Assembly (NCBI GenBank): GCA_016432485.1
Contig: CP066691.1
Coordinates: 153,294 to 217,293, forward strand
DNA length: 64,000 bases
From: Candidatus Niyogibacteria bacterium
Lineage (GTDB): Bacteria > Patescibacteriota > Minisyncoccia > HO2-45-28
Direction of reading: 5' to 3'
Shown: piece by piece, positions 1 through 9,381 of the stretch
Position numbering within the stretch: position 1 is the first letter of the stretch
Layout: each line of letters opens with the position of its first letter
The notes under the pieces: generated by a model
Database searches by the model: none
Told to the model about the DNA's origin: nothing
What the model saw: the letters and a program-made list of their open reading frames with translations, nothing else
Translations under genes and position numbers: made by a program

Positions 1-1986
1 CACTCTGCCGCTATTTTGCTGAATCACAAATTGGTCAGAACCGATATTCAAGCCCGTTGTGCCGAGAGTCGTAGTCGCGTTGGCAGTAATGTCAAAACTT
101 GAAGCCGTGGTTGAAAAAGTCGTTGTCGCTACTCCGCCTATGTATAATGTTTTAAAAATAGACGAAAGAGACGACGAAGCGTTCGGGATTGATAAAGTAG
201 ATGCGGATAGCGAACCGGTTATCGTCACATTCGAAGAAAAATTTGCCGAAGTTCCCGAGAAAGATTTTGAGGTGGATATTGTTATGTCATTGGGAATATC
301 ATCATCATCAAGAGAAGAAATATTATCGACGGTAACATTGGAAAGCGTAACTCCCGAGAGTCTGTCAATTCTATTTGTAAGAGCGATAGCGGCAAAATTG
401 TCATTGGCTCTTTTAGCGATTAAACTTTTTAACTCTGAAACCTCGGCAAGTATTCTGGCGTTAACTCCTGAAAGCGCCAGATCCAGCTGTTCTTTGGTAA
501 GAGTGCCGCTGGCTGACGCCGTTTGCACCACCGTTCTTTCAACCACTCTTTCTATAATAGCGGGCGCCTTAGATGAACCTACGGACACGGACGGCTCCAA
601 ACCCTGCGAGCGCAAAGTTAAAATTTCTTCAGCTTGCTCCGCCTTTAACGCGTTTTTTTCTTCGCCCCCCTTTTCACCCCTTTCTCCCATTACAGTTTCA
701 TCCTTTTCCGGCGGCTCCGGCAAACGAGTCAAAACTTCAAAAGTTTTATCATATATACCGACGAGCGTCTCTTTTGTTTTTTCAAGCGCCTTATCAACGC
801 CCCTGCTGGTTAAAGAGCCGGCATATTTGCCGATCTTCAAAGGAATTGATTCAATGCCGTCTATCGCGTAGGAGCCGGCTTTTTTACCCCACTCCAGGGA
901 CCGTGATTCCAGAATACTTTGATACATTCCAAACACGGCGTCTTTAGACGCCGCGGACACCTGTCCCAAAAATTGATGAACATCGTTTGAAGCTTTGGCA
1001 AAATTGAAATTCGGCAATTTAACCTTCGGAATTTTAAACTCTGAAATTTTAAAGTTTGGGGCCTTGAATTCCGGAACTTCCAATTTTGAAAGAATTTTAG
1101 ATTTTGAAATATTGAGTTCTGGAACTTTTAATTCTGAAAAAGTCTTAAACTTTGAAACACTAAGTTCTGGAAACTGAAACTTTGAAAAAATCTTAAACTT
1201 TGAAACCTTGAAACCTTGAAAATCAAAATCCGAAACCGCGGAAGTCAAATTATTAAATTTGGAGTTTAGAATTCCCAATTTATTTTGAATTTGGCGTTTA
1301 AGATTCGGGGCCTCCATGACCGATGCCGTCTTCTCAAAAGAATTATCCAAAACCAGCGCGCCTTGGTCTATAATATGTAAAATATCCTTTTGAATATCAG
1401 CGCCTTTGGCTTTTAAACTATTTAAACTCAAAAAAACCAGCTTTTCCGCGTTTGGAACTATATCCGAAACAGCTGATACCATTGCGTTTTTGAATTCATG
1501 GTATTTCGCCAAAGCCGCGTCCGGATTTCTCAAAATAAAAAAGCCCGCTAGAATGACCAGTAAAATTAAAGCAGAGGATTTCCACAAAAAAGCGTTTTGA
1601 ATTATCGGTTTTAAGAAATCCGACAGTTTTTTAAAGGATGAAGTTTTGGAATAATCATCGCCTAAAAGCAGCGTGTCCCAAGGATCACTTTTTTTAGACC
1701 ATGCCGAAAAAAATTTGTATATTGATTTGGAATTACTTTTTTGAGTATCGCTATCAAGTTTGGGTAATTCCGAAATTCGTTTGATCCCGGTATTTTCCGT
1801 AATAAAATTTTGCAAAACGGACTTTTCAATAAACCAAACGCCGTTTATTCTTTCAGCCGACAATTTATTTTCTTTGATTAATTGGCGCAGCCGTTCTTTA
1901 TGATAGCCGGCAAAAGAGGCCGCGTAAGTCAGCGACAAAAATTCTTTATCGTTTCTCCAAATTTTTGGAATTTGATGCCTGGCCAT
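1..1986 (-). CDS. Partial large membrane-anchored surface protein. The N-terminus is in the window and the gene runs past the window start. It has an internal degenerate tandem peptide repeat.
   Basis: An uninterrupted minus-strand frame runs from the ATG (rc of cat at 1984-1986) to position 1, more than 660 codons, which I checked block by block. It is missing from the ORF track because it has no stop in the window. A single TM helix (LVILAGFFIL) follows a cytoplasmic N-terminal segment of about 100 aa. The + ORFs 59..871, 573..947 and 995..1177 are antisense to it. Confidence 0.6.
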   Translation of the reverse strand, partial: MARHQIPKIWRNDKEFLSLTYAASFAGYHKERLRQLIKENKLSAERINGVWFIEKSVLQNFITENTGIKRISELPKLDSDTQKSNSKSIYKFFSAWSKKSDPWDTLLLGDDYSKTSSFKKLSDFLKPIIQNAFLWKSSALILLVILAGFFILRNPDAALAKYHEFKNAMVSAVSDIVPNAEKLVFLSLNSLKAKGADIQKDILHIIDQGALVLDNSFEKTASVMEAPNLKRQIQNKLGILNSKFNNLTSAVSDFDFQGFKVSKFKIFSKFQFPELSVSKFKTFSELKVPELNISKSKILSKLEVPEFKAPNFKISEFKIPKVKLPNFNFAKASNDVHQFLGQVSAASKDAVFGMYQSILESRSLEWGKKAGSYAIDGIESIPLKIGKYAGSLTSRGVDKALEKTKETLVGIYDKTFEVLTRLPEPPEKDETVMGERGEKGGEEKNALKAEQAEEILTLRSQGLEPSVSVGSSKAPAIIERVVERTVVQTASASGTLTKEQLDLALSGVNARILAEVSELKSLIAKRANDNFAAIALTNRIDRLSGVTLSNVTVDNISSLDDDDIPNDITISTSKSFSGTSANFSSNVTITGSLSASTLSIPNASSSLSSIFKTLYIGGVATTTFSTTASSFDITANATTTLGTTGLNIGSDQFVIQQNSGRV
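1000..1240 (-). repeat. Degenerate tandem repeat of about 27-33 nt inside the surface-protein CDS. The peptide units look like FxELKVPELNISKSKI / EVPEFKAPNFKISEFKIPKV.
   Basis: Repeated aaactttgaaa / ttctggaac / ttaaactttgaaac strings are seen directly. The translated minus frame shows repeating K/F/PE[LF] units. Confidence 0.45.
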
Positions 1987-2170
1987 AAAAGAGTGTTTAA
2001 TTCAATTTTATTTCTTATTTTGCCAAATAAGAAATAACAAATGTGGATAACTAAAAACATTCAACATTCAATAATCAACATCCGATCAATATCCCGCGTT
2101 CAATTATTCAATTAAATGTTTAATCGTTGAATGTTGATTGAATATTGATTGTTGAGTATTGAATATTAAA

Positions 2171-2195
2171 CTAAAAATTCCGCCATCTTGCGGAA
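2171..2195 (-). terminator. Rho-independent terminator downstream of the GH1 gene.
   Basis: Hairpin ttccgccatcttgcggaa preceded on the plus strand by an A-run, which is a T-run on the minus strand. Confidence 0.55.
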
Positions 2196-2228
2196 TCATC
2201 AACATTTATAAACTCTGATAAACATTCG

Positions 2229-3506
2229 CTATTTATTAAGGTTTTGATCTTTCAAAATAATATTTCTATATTCTAAAGCGCTTTTGCGTATTTTCCGCTC
2301 CATTGTCTTGTAATTAACTTCCACCAGGCCGAATCTGGGCCAATAACCCTTGTCCCACTCAAAATTATCCAAAAGCGACCAGTAAAAATAGCCCCGAACA
2401 TCGGCGCCCTCTTTCACTGCTTTGTTTACCCATTTCAGATGTTCTTTTATAAAATCGGCTCTTTTTTTGTCTTTAGCGTCCGCCAACCCGTTTTCAGTAA
2501 TGAAAATCGGCTTCTCGTATTTCGCCAAATTCTTCAAAACTTTATAAATCCCTTCCGGATATATTTCCCAACCCAAATCACTTACTTCCTTATCTTCATT
2601 AAATTGAATCCCCCACTTTGATTTCCAAATGTTAAAACGGATACGCGAATGATAATAATATTGCAGACCTATAAAATCGGCGCTTTCCACAAACCTATCC
2701 AAAAAAGGATTGTTTCTCCACCACTTGAGCAATCCCGTCAGTAATAAATTATACGGCCAATAATCATACGACTCAAAATAAACTAAGCTTTCCGTAAAAC
2801 CCACCTGACAATGTTTATTAATCTTTTTGATAATTTTATATGCGCGTTGGTGCCCTCTAAAAATATTTTTAAGCACACGATATGCCTTAAAAATATTCTT
2901 TTCGGCTGGTGGACGCCCGCCAAACAAACGGCCGGTAAGATAACCGTGGCGAGCGAATGTCTCCGGCTCATTTACGGTTGTCCAAAATTTAACATCGCTC
3001 TCAAAAGCGCTGACAATTTTTGCGGCATATCTCTCAAAAAATTTTATATTGCCTTTTTTCGTCCAGCCGCCTAGTTTAGAAAACCAGATGGGCAATGTCC
3101 AGTGCCAAAGCGTTACAAAGGGCTCAATCCCGCGTGTTTTCAAAGCGTTAATGACCTCGCGGTAATGTTCAATTTCTTTTTCGTTAAATTTCCCTTCCTC
3201 CGGTTCAATCCGCGACCACTCTATTGAAAAACGATGGGCGTTGTGGCCGAGCGATTTGGCGATGTCAAAATCCTCTTCATAGCGATTATAATGATCACAG
3301 GTCCTGCCCGAAATATAATTTTCGCGCCTCAAGGGGCCGGGATAGTCATTTAATATATAATCGGGATAATTTTTATTTAGCGCCTCTTTGGCAAGACGCG
3401 CCGCGTTTTCTTTCTCCCAGTCTGACCAATCGTTAATGTTACCCCCCTCAACCTGATGCGCGGAAGTAGAAGAACCCCAATAAAAATGTTCAGGAAAACC
3501 GTTCAT
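2229..3506 (-). CDS. bglB: Glycoside hydrolase family 1 beta-glucosidase.
   Basis: 425 aa. N-terminal FPExFxWG..SAxQxEG motif, NEP acid/base and ITENG nucleophile motifs of GH1. Confidence 0.9.
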   Translation of the reverse strand: MNGFPEHFYWGSSTSAHQVEGGNINDWSDWEKENAARLAKEALNKNYPDYILNDYPGPLRRENYISGRTCDHYNRYEEDFDIAKSLGHNAHRFSIEWSRIEPEEGKFNEKEIEHYREVINALKTRGIEPFVTLWHWTLPIWFSKLGGWTKKGNIKFFERYAAKIVSAFESDVKFWTTVNEPETFARHGYLTGRLFGGRPPAEKNIFKAYRVLKNIFRGHQRAYKIIKKINKHCQVGFTESLVYFESYDYWPYNLLLTGLLKWWRNNPFLDRFVESADFIGLQYYYHSRIRFNIWKSKWGIQFNEDKEVSDLGWEIYPEGIYKVLKNLAKYEKPIFITENGLADAKDKKRADFIKEHLKWVNKAVKEGADVRGYFYWSLLDNFEWDKGYWPRFGLVEVNYKTMERKIRKSALEYRNIILKDQNLNK

Positions 3507-3528
3507 AAATTTTTAATTAGAAATTAGG

Positions 3529-4206
3529 TTAATTTTGATTTTTTCGCCTCCATTCTTGTATCTTTTTATGGTTTCCGGAAAGCAAAACTGCCGGAACTGC
3601 ATACTTTTTCCCCTTGTATTTCAAAATCTCCGGACGAGTATAGTGGGGATATTCCAGCCCCTTGCCGCCTACCACCTCTTTTTTAACCAAAAGATTAAAA
3701 TGTGATTCTTCTTTCAATGACTCCCATTTTATCGCGCCGGGCAGAAGGCGCGTTACGGCCGAAACTAAAACCATAGTCGCTACATCGCCGTCGGTCAAAA
3801 CATACGGCCCTATGGAAATCTCTTCGGCCTTCAAAGCGATTTTTACTCTTTCATCTATGCCTTCGTATCTCGCGCTGATAAAAATTAACTGTTTATAATT
3901 TTTTGCCCAATCGCGCGCGATTTTTTGATTGAACTGCCTGCCTTTGGCGGAAAGTAAAACTACTTTTTTAACACCTTTCTTTTTTATATTTCCGTATGCT
4001 TTTAAAATCGGCTCCGCCTTCATCACCATTCCCGCGCCTCCGCCATACGGCTTATCGTCTACCGTAAGGTATTTATCTTTCACAAAATTCCGCGGATTGA
4101 AAAAGTTAATTTTAATCAAACCGCGCTTTTGCGCGCGTTTTAAAATGGAGGAATTAAAATAGGATTCAAAGGCCTCGGGAAAAATAGTTATAATATTGAA
4201 GTTCAT
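3529..4206 (-). CDS. trmD: tRNA (guanine37-N1)-methyltransferase.
   Basis: 225 aa. TrmD signatures IITIFPE and DDKPYGGGAGMVM. Confidence 0.9.
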   Translation of the reverse strand: MNFNIITIFPEAFESYFNSSILKRAQKRGLIKINFFNPRNFVKDKYLTVDDKPYGGGAGMVMKAEPILKAYGNIKKKGVKKVVLLSAKGRQFNQKIARDWAKNYKQLIFISARYEGIDERVKIALKAEEISIGPYVLTDGDVATMVLVSAVTRLLPGAIKWESLKEESHFNLLVKKEVVGGKGLEYPHYTRPEILKYKGKKYAVPAVLLSGNHKKIQEWRRKNQN

Positions 4207-4273
4207 GGTTTAAAAGTTAAAACAAAAACCGCACTATCTATGATAGCACGGTTTTTGTCGGACTCGCAGTGAT

Positions 4274-4576
4274 TTAAAGTTTCAAATCGTCTACTTCGCT
4301 TGAAACTCTGGGACCGCGGCCTCCTTCCGGTTCCTCAATCTTCAAATTGACGCGGGAACGGTTTTTCAATCCAACCACGCGCAAAAGCGTGCGGATCGCC
4401 TTGGCGGTATTGCCTCCGCGGCCGATTATCTTTCCCATATCAGCCGGGTCAAGCTTGAGCGTCAGTAAAACGCCCATTTCATCAACCTTGCGGTCGACTT
4501 CAACCGATTTCGGAGTGTCAACAAGGCTTTTGATCACGAACTCCAAAAACTCTTGATCTATGTATTTTTCAGCCAT
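4274..4576 (-). CDS. khpA: KH-domain RNA-binding protein, KhpA/YlqC-like.
   Basis: KH core IGRGGNTAKAIRTLL. The likely true start is the internal ATG encoding MAEKYIDQEF at about 4576. The ORF track gives a longer 4274..4666 version. The khpA-trmD neighbourhood is conserved in many bacteria. Confidence 0.65.
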   Translation of the reverse strand: MAEKYIDQEFLEFVIKSLVDTPKSVEVDRKVDEMGVLLTLKLDPADMGKIIGRGGNTAKAIRTLLRVVGLKNRSRVNLKIEEPEGGRGPRVSSEVDDLKL

Positions 4577-4756
4577 ATTGCTGTTTCTGTCGTAAGGATT
4601 AATGGTAATCGTATTCAGTAGCCATGCCCCGAATCCAGGGGCTCGACCGTTCAGCCGTAAGGACATTGACCCGCCGGCCTACGCTACCTTTATTGGACCC
4701 ATTATAGCAAACTGCGCGAATAAGTCAAGTGTAACGATAACAACGAGACAAGACAC

Positions 4757-5305
4757 TTATTCCTGTATTTCGCGCCTTTTGCGTTCAACCATTCCTTCAA
4801 ATTCAGCGTTAAATTTATCCATCTTTTTCTGAAGCTCGTCTTTGAGACGGAATTTCTCGTCTTCTGAAATTTCGCCAAGGCGTTCTTTTGCCTGAATGTC
4901 TTTCCAAACTTCGTCGCGTTCACGCCTCAAAACTATTCTGGATTCCTCCAATTTCTCTCCGGCTAATTTTAAAAGAATCTGCCTGTTTTCGCCCGTTAAA
5001 GCGGGCAAAATTACTCTTATGACATCTTTATCCGCTACGGGCTGAAGGCCCGAGTTGGATGAACGTATGGCCTTTTCTATCGGCTCCAATGAATTTTTAT
5101 CCCAGGGCCGTATTACTAAAGTTCTGGCATCCTGCACGCTGATTGAAGCCAGACCATCCAAACTCATTTTGCTTCCGTAGCAATCAACTGTTATATCCTT
5201 AACCAGCGCGGGGCTCGCGCGACCGGTCCGTATAACCCCGAGCTCTCCAGAAAGCCATTCTCCGGTTTTTTTGGCCTCGTTTTCAAATTTTGATAAATCG
5301 TACAT
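4757..5305 (-). CDS. frr: Ribosome recycling factor.
   Basis: 182 aa. Full-length similarity pattern to Frr (RTGRASPALV..ITVDCYGS...). Confidence 0.9.
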   Translation of the reverse strand: MYDLSKFENEAKKTGEWLSGELGVIRTGRASPALVKDITVDCYGSKMSLDGLASISVQDARTLVIRPWDKNSLEPIEKAIRSSNSGLQPVADKDVIRVILPALTGENRQILLKLAGEKLEESRIVLRRERDEVWKDIQAKERLGEISEDEKFRLKDELQKKMDKFNAEFEGMVERKRREIQE

Positions 5306-5364
5306 ATTAAAAATTATTAATTTCTAATTAACCTGATTATTCTAATTGTCCTAATAAAATTATT

Positions 5365-5985
5365 TTAATAAATTAATAAATGAGTTAGATATTCAAGACA
5401 CATTTTTCGGCCGATATTAAAAACCGCGGAGGATTCTCTGGCTTGACGTATTTTTAAAATGAATTCGTGTCTATTTTCATCCATTGCCCGGCGTTCCAGA
5501 CCGTCCAAAAAAACGCTGAATTTTTCCGGGTCTTCGGCCATTGTCATTATCATTTTTGAGCGGGAAATATAGTCGGCTTTTACGAATTCTGATATTGTGT
5601 CGGACTTTTCGGCGCCTTCATCAAGAGTAATTTCAACCAACCTTGAACGCAAAGTCTGAGGCAGCGTATCTGAATGTTCGGTCAACAATAAAAAATGCCG
5701 GCCGGGCAGGGCGTCCTCAATAGTTTTAAGAACGGCCTGGGGAACATAACGGCTTATTTTTGCCGCGTTCAAAATGAAAAACGAGCGTTCGGATTCGCCT
5801 ACGCTTTGCAAAGATTTTTCTTTAAGCTGTCTGGCTTCTTCAATCCCGATTACGCCGTCAAACAAAAAAACTTCGCCGCGCTTTTTAAGAGAATCCGTCA
5901 ATTCCGAAACGTTAATTTTCCCGATTAAAAGGTATCCGTTTGCCAAAAGGCCGCGTTTTATGTGATTCTCAAGAACCTTGTGCAT
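5365..5985 (-). CDS. holB: DNA polymerase III delta-prime-like clamp-loader subunit (short form).
   Basis: 206 aa. It has the clamp-loader TLRSR (SRC-like) motif and an AAA+ lid-like C-terminus, but no intact Walker A, as is typical for delta-prime. Confidence 0.5.
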   Translation of the reverse strand: MHKVLENHIKRGLLANGYLLIGKINVSELTDSLKKRGEVFLFDGVIGIEEARQLKEKSLQSVGESERSFFILNAAKISRYVPQAVLKTIEDALPGRHFLLLTEHSDTLPQTLRSRLVEITLDEGAEKSDTISEFVKADYISRSKMIMTMAEDPEKFSVFLDGLERRAMDENRHEFILKIRQARESSAVFNIGRKMCLEYLTHLLIY

Positions 5986-5986
5986 T

Positions 5987-6122
5987 ATCCCAGTACGGCT
6001 AAATCGAAAGTTTCTTGCTAAATTCGCAAGCCAACATCCGATTCTTTCGCTTAAAATTTAACTCGTAATAATACATAATTATACCACCCAAGAAACTAAA
6101 TTTAGCATTCGATTTAGCCGTA
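5987..6122. repeat. Perfect 20-bp inverted repeat (cccagtacggctaaatcgaa / ttcgatttagccgtactggg) flanking about 95 bp of AT-rich spacer between holB-like and mreB.
   Basis: Both arms read directly. The rc of the left arm equals the right arm. Confidence 0.6.
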
Positions 6123-6127
6123 CTGGG

Positions 6128-7141
6128 TTATCTTTTTCCAAGCAAACTCTTTTTATAAATTCCGAGGTGGTCCAAAGCGATGCCGGTCCCTTTAGCCACG
6201 CAGAAAAGCGCGTCTTCGGCGACATAAGCTTTAACGCCCGTGGCCCTATAGACGAGTTCGGTGATATTACGCAAAAGCGATGTTCCGCCGGTCATTATAA
6301 TCCCCTGGTCTATTATATCCGAGGACAGTTCAGGCGGAGTTTCGTGCAAAACCGATTTTATGGCTTTGGTTATTTCGCGAAGCTCGTTTTCAATGGCCTT
6401 AGCCGCTTCATTGGTTGAAATTTCCGTACTTCGCGGAAGACCGGTAAGAAAATCGCGGCCCTTAATCAGATAAGAATCTTCTTCGTCCAGCGTGATGGCC
6501 GACCCTATAGCTATTTTTATTTCTTCCGCGGTTCTGTCTCCAATCGCCAAATTAAAAGCCTTTTTCACGTAATCCGCTATGGCTTTGTCTATTTTGTTTC
6601 CGGCGACTTTAACAGAAGTTGAAGCAACAATGCCGCCAAGCGATATTACCGCGACATCAGTCGTCCCGCCGCCTATGTCCACTATCATATGCCCTGTCGG
6701 CTCCTGTATCGGAATTCCCGCGCCAATCGCGGCAAGAATCGGTTCTTTCATTACATAGGCCTGCTTGGCGCCGGCTTTTAACGCGGCCTCAACCACCGAC
6801 CTTCTCTCCGCCGAAGTTACGCCGGCAGGCGCCGAAACCAAAACATCCGGTTTAAAAAGATTCCACTGGCCAAGCGACTTACCTATATAGTAACGGAGCA
6901 TTGCTTCGGTCACGCGATAATCGGCAATAACGCCGTCTTTCATCGGGCGATAAGCCATTATGCTGTCCGGCGTTTTGCCTATCATTTCTCTGGCCTCGTT
7001 GCCTACGGCCAATACTTTATTTTCCGGCACCGAAACCGCGACCACGGAAGGTTCGTTGAGCACTATTCCCCTTCCCGGCACGAAAACCAAAGTGTTCGCC
7101 GTTCCAAGATCAATGCCTAATTTTTTGATGAATAAAGACAT
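6128..7141 (-). CDS. mreB: Rod-shape determining actin homolog MreB.
   Basis: 337 aa. GIDLGTANTL phosphate-1 motif and full MreB architecture. Confidence 0.9.
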   Translation of the reverse strand: MSLFIKKLGIDLGTANTLVFVPGRGIVLNEPSVVAVSVPENKVLAVGNEAREMIGKTPDSIMAYRPMKDGVIADYRVTEAMLRYYIGKSLGQWNLFKPDVLVSAPAGVTSAERRSVVEAALKAGAKQAYVMKEPILAAIGAGIPIQEPTGHMIVDIGGGTTDVAVISLGGIVASTSVKVAGNKIDKAIADYVKKAFNLAIGDRTAEEIKIAIGSAITLDEEDSYLIKGRDFLTGLPRSTEISTNEAAKAIENELREITKAIKSVLHETPPELSSDIIDQGIIMTGGTSLLRNITELVYRATGVKAYVAEDALFCVAKGTGIALDHLGIYKKSLLGKR

Positions 7142-7144
7142 AAT

Positions 7145-8452
7145 TCAATTAATTCGCTTTATATCCGCGCCGATTGAAACCAGTTTTTGCTCTATGGCCT
7201 CATAGCCTCTATCGATATTATAAACATTGTGAACTATAGTCTGTCCTTTCGCAATGAGGCCGGCGATAACAAAAGCGAGCCCTGCCCTTAGATCCGGACT
7301 TTCCATTTCCCGTCCTGAAAGAGGGGTCGGGCCCAAAATAATGACCCGGTGAGGATCACACAAAGTTATATTGGCGCCCATTCTGACAAGTTCGCTCACA
7401 TATTCCAGACGGCCGTCAAAAATAGTTTCAAAGACTTGGCTTTTCCCTTCGGCTTGAGTTAAGAGGACGGTAAAAGGCGCTTGCAAATCCGTGGCAAAAC
7501 CCGGGTACTCGCTTGTTTTGACATCAAGCGCCGATAATTTTTTGGGCCTTGAAACAGAAACCCAGTCGGGACCTCTTTTTATTTTTACGCCTGCCGCCTC
7601 AAGATGGGCTATTAAACTCAAAAGATGCAGGGGCTTACAATTTTTAATTTTTAATCCGCCGGCGCGGGAACTCGACAAAAGAGCTCCGAGAATAAGAAAA
7701 CCCCCGGCCTCAATTCTGTCAGGAATAACTTCAAATGGGTCGCGGGCAATCAATCTCCCCTTTTGCCCAAGCCCTTCTATAATAATGGTATGAGTGCCGG
7801 CGCCTTTTATTTTCGCGCCGGAATTATTTAAAAAATCAGCCAGGCTTTCTATTTCCGGCTCCTCGGCGCAATTTCGTAAAATTACTTTGCCGTCCGCCAA
7901 AACCGACGCCATCATCAATGTTTCTGTCGCGGTAACGCTCGGCGTGCGATAAGCAAAATCGGCTGATTTAAGTTTTTTGGCTTCAAAAAAATAATGTCCG
8001 CCTTCTTCGCGCGTTTTCGCGCCCATCGCTTTCAGGCCTTCCACGAAAAAATTTATCGGCCTCTTGCCTATAACACATCCTCCGGGGTGGGGCATGGAAA
8101 CCTTGCCGTAACGGGCGAGCATCGGCCCCAAAAGCACCACCGAAGCCCTTAAACTTTTGGTAATATTTTCGTCTAAATCTGTTTTGGCGTTTTCCGGCGC
8201 TTCTATAGAAAAAGCTCCTTTGCCGTAATTTGCTACCCTGACTCCGATTGAAGCCAATAATTCTTTCATTCTGAAAATATCCTCAATTTGCGGAACATTT
8301 TTAACCCGCACCTGGCCATCAAAAAGAAAAGAGGCGGCAAAAACCTTAAGGGCGCCGTTTTTAACTCCCGAAACCTCAACCTCTCCTTTCAAGGCCTTGC
8401 CGCCGTTGATTATAAATTTAGCCACATCCATATTATAAAGCGCGCGCGGCAT
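7145..8452 (-). CDS. murA: UDP-N-acetylglucosamine 1-carboxyvinyltransferase.
   Basis: 435 aa. EPSP-synthase fold with the MurA active-site Cys in PGGCVIGKRP. Confidence 0.9.
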   Translation of the reverse strand: MPRALYNMDVAKFIINGGKALKGEVEVSGVKNGALKVFAASFLFDGQVRVKNVPQIEDIFRMKELLASIGVRVANYGKGAFSIEAPENAKTDLDENITKSLRASVVLLGPMLARYGKVSMPHPGGCVIGKRPINFFVEGLKAMGAKTREEGGHYFFEAKKLKSADFAYRTPSVTATETLMMASVLADGKVILRNCAEEPEIESLADFLNNSGAKIKGAGTHTIIIEGLGQKGRLIARDPFEVIPDRIEAGGFLILGALLSSSRAGGLKIKNCKPLHLLSLIAHLEAAGVKIKRGPDWVSVSRPKKLSALDVKTSEYPGFATDLQAPFTVLLTQAEGKSQVFETIFDGRLEYVSELVRMGANITLCDPHRVIILGPTPLSGREMESPDLRAGLAFVIAGLIAKGQTIVHNVYNIDRGYEAIEQKLVSIGADIKRIN

Positions 8453-8528
8453 TTTATCTATACGCTAAAATTGATATTTAACGGCTTAAATATTAGTATT
8501 TAATTGGATATCCTGGAGGGCGCCGATC

Positions 8529-9080
8529 TTGAAAAAAACCGCTATCAGCGTCTTTTTACTGATTTTGTCAACGGCTTTAATTTATTGCGGCGCAGCACAG
8601 GCATCTACCAAAAACAACTCCGCGTATAATTTCGGCGTGGTGAAAAAGGGCGCCGTTTACCGTTCGGCCCAACCTTCAAAGATTTTTCTTGAGCGTGTTA
8701 TTCAGGAAAAGAAAATCAAAACAATCCTTAACCTGCGCGGCCATCGCGGCGAAAACGCATTTGAACGCGAGGTGGCGAAATCCGGCAAAATTTCCTTATT
8801 TGAGTTTCGCCTGCGAGTTGAGAATATGGATTTCAATATGGTTGAAAGGGCTTATAAAGTTTTGGCTGACCCCAAAAATCATCCGATTCTGGTTCATTGC
8901 CTTGTTGGAGCTGACAGGACGGGTTTACTGGTAGCGCTTTTTCGCATCCGGGAACAAAATTGGCCCCTTGAAAATGCCATGGAAGAAATGCTTTTTTACT
9001 GGCACGACCCGAAAATGCTTCCGCGATTTCAGCAATATCTGAAAAAGCAGTATCTCTTGTTAAATCGGCTGAAATATTGA
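8529..9080 (+). CDS. Secreted Cys-based protein tyrosine/dual-specificity phosphatase.
   Basis: 183 aa. Signal peptide (MKKTAISVFLLILSTALIYCGAAQA) and CX5R P-loop HCLVGADRTG. Confidence 0.7.
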   Translation: MKKTAISVFLLILSTALIYCGAAQASTKNNSAYNFGVVKKGAVYRSAQPSKIFLERVIQEKKIKTILNLRGHRGENAFEREVAKSGKISLFEFRLRVENMDFNMVERAYKVLADPKNHPILVHCLVGADRTGLLVALFRIREQNWPLENAMEEMLFYWHDPKMLPRFQQYLKKQYLLLNRLKY

Positions 9081-9187
9081 AAATGCCGTGGAAAGCAAAA
9101 ACTTGACAATTAACATACTTCTATATTATACTTTTAGCCAGTGTTCCGGTAGTATAATTCAACTCAACAAGAACAGGGAGGTAAACC
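9065..9187 (+). promoter_or_regulatory. Copy 1 of a repeated promoter/5'-UTR module. It has an UP-like A-tract, -35 TTGACA (9103-9108), a -10 region tatattatact and the RBS GGGAGG.
   Basis: About 75% identical over roughly 110 bp to 19085-19194. It starts with ggctg(c)tgaaatattgaaaatgccg. Confidence 0.5.
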
Positions 9188-9352
9188 ATGAAAAATGTCT
9201 TGATTCTCACACTGACTGGCCTTTTTGTGGGCGTTATAGTGGCACTGGGGATATCAAACTTCTCTTTCCTGCCAATGTCGGCGGGGGGCGCAATCGCGGG
9301 ACTTTCTGCGTTTGCGAGCATGTTCTTAATTCAACCGTTCCTCTATCGATGA
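9188..9352 (+). CDS. Small hydrophobic membrane protein of 54 aa (MKNVLILTLTGLFVGVIVALGISNFSFLPMSAGGAIAGLSAFASMFLIQPFLYR).
   Basis: ATG 7 nt downstream of GGAGG. The frame differs from the dnaE upstream extension. Two predicted TM segments. It is bracketed by a strong promoter and a strong terminator. Confidence 0.5.
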   Translation: MKNVLILTLTGLFVGVIVALGISNFSFLPMSAGGAIAGLSAFASMFLIQPFLYR

Positions 9353-9381
9353 TAGACGGCGAATACCGTCATCCATCATCA

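Noticed and set aside
59-1177. Plus-strand ORFs 59..871, 573..947 and 995..1177 in the ORF track.
   Set aside because: They are antisense to a continuous minus-strand coding frame that runs more than 660 codons, with a TM helix and protein-like composition. They are low-complexity and have no start context.
2035-2050. oriC call based on the TTATCCACA DnaA box.
   Set aside because: There is only one consensus box. There is no dnaA/dnaN neighbourhood and no cluster of boxes.
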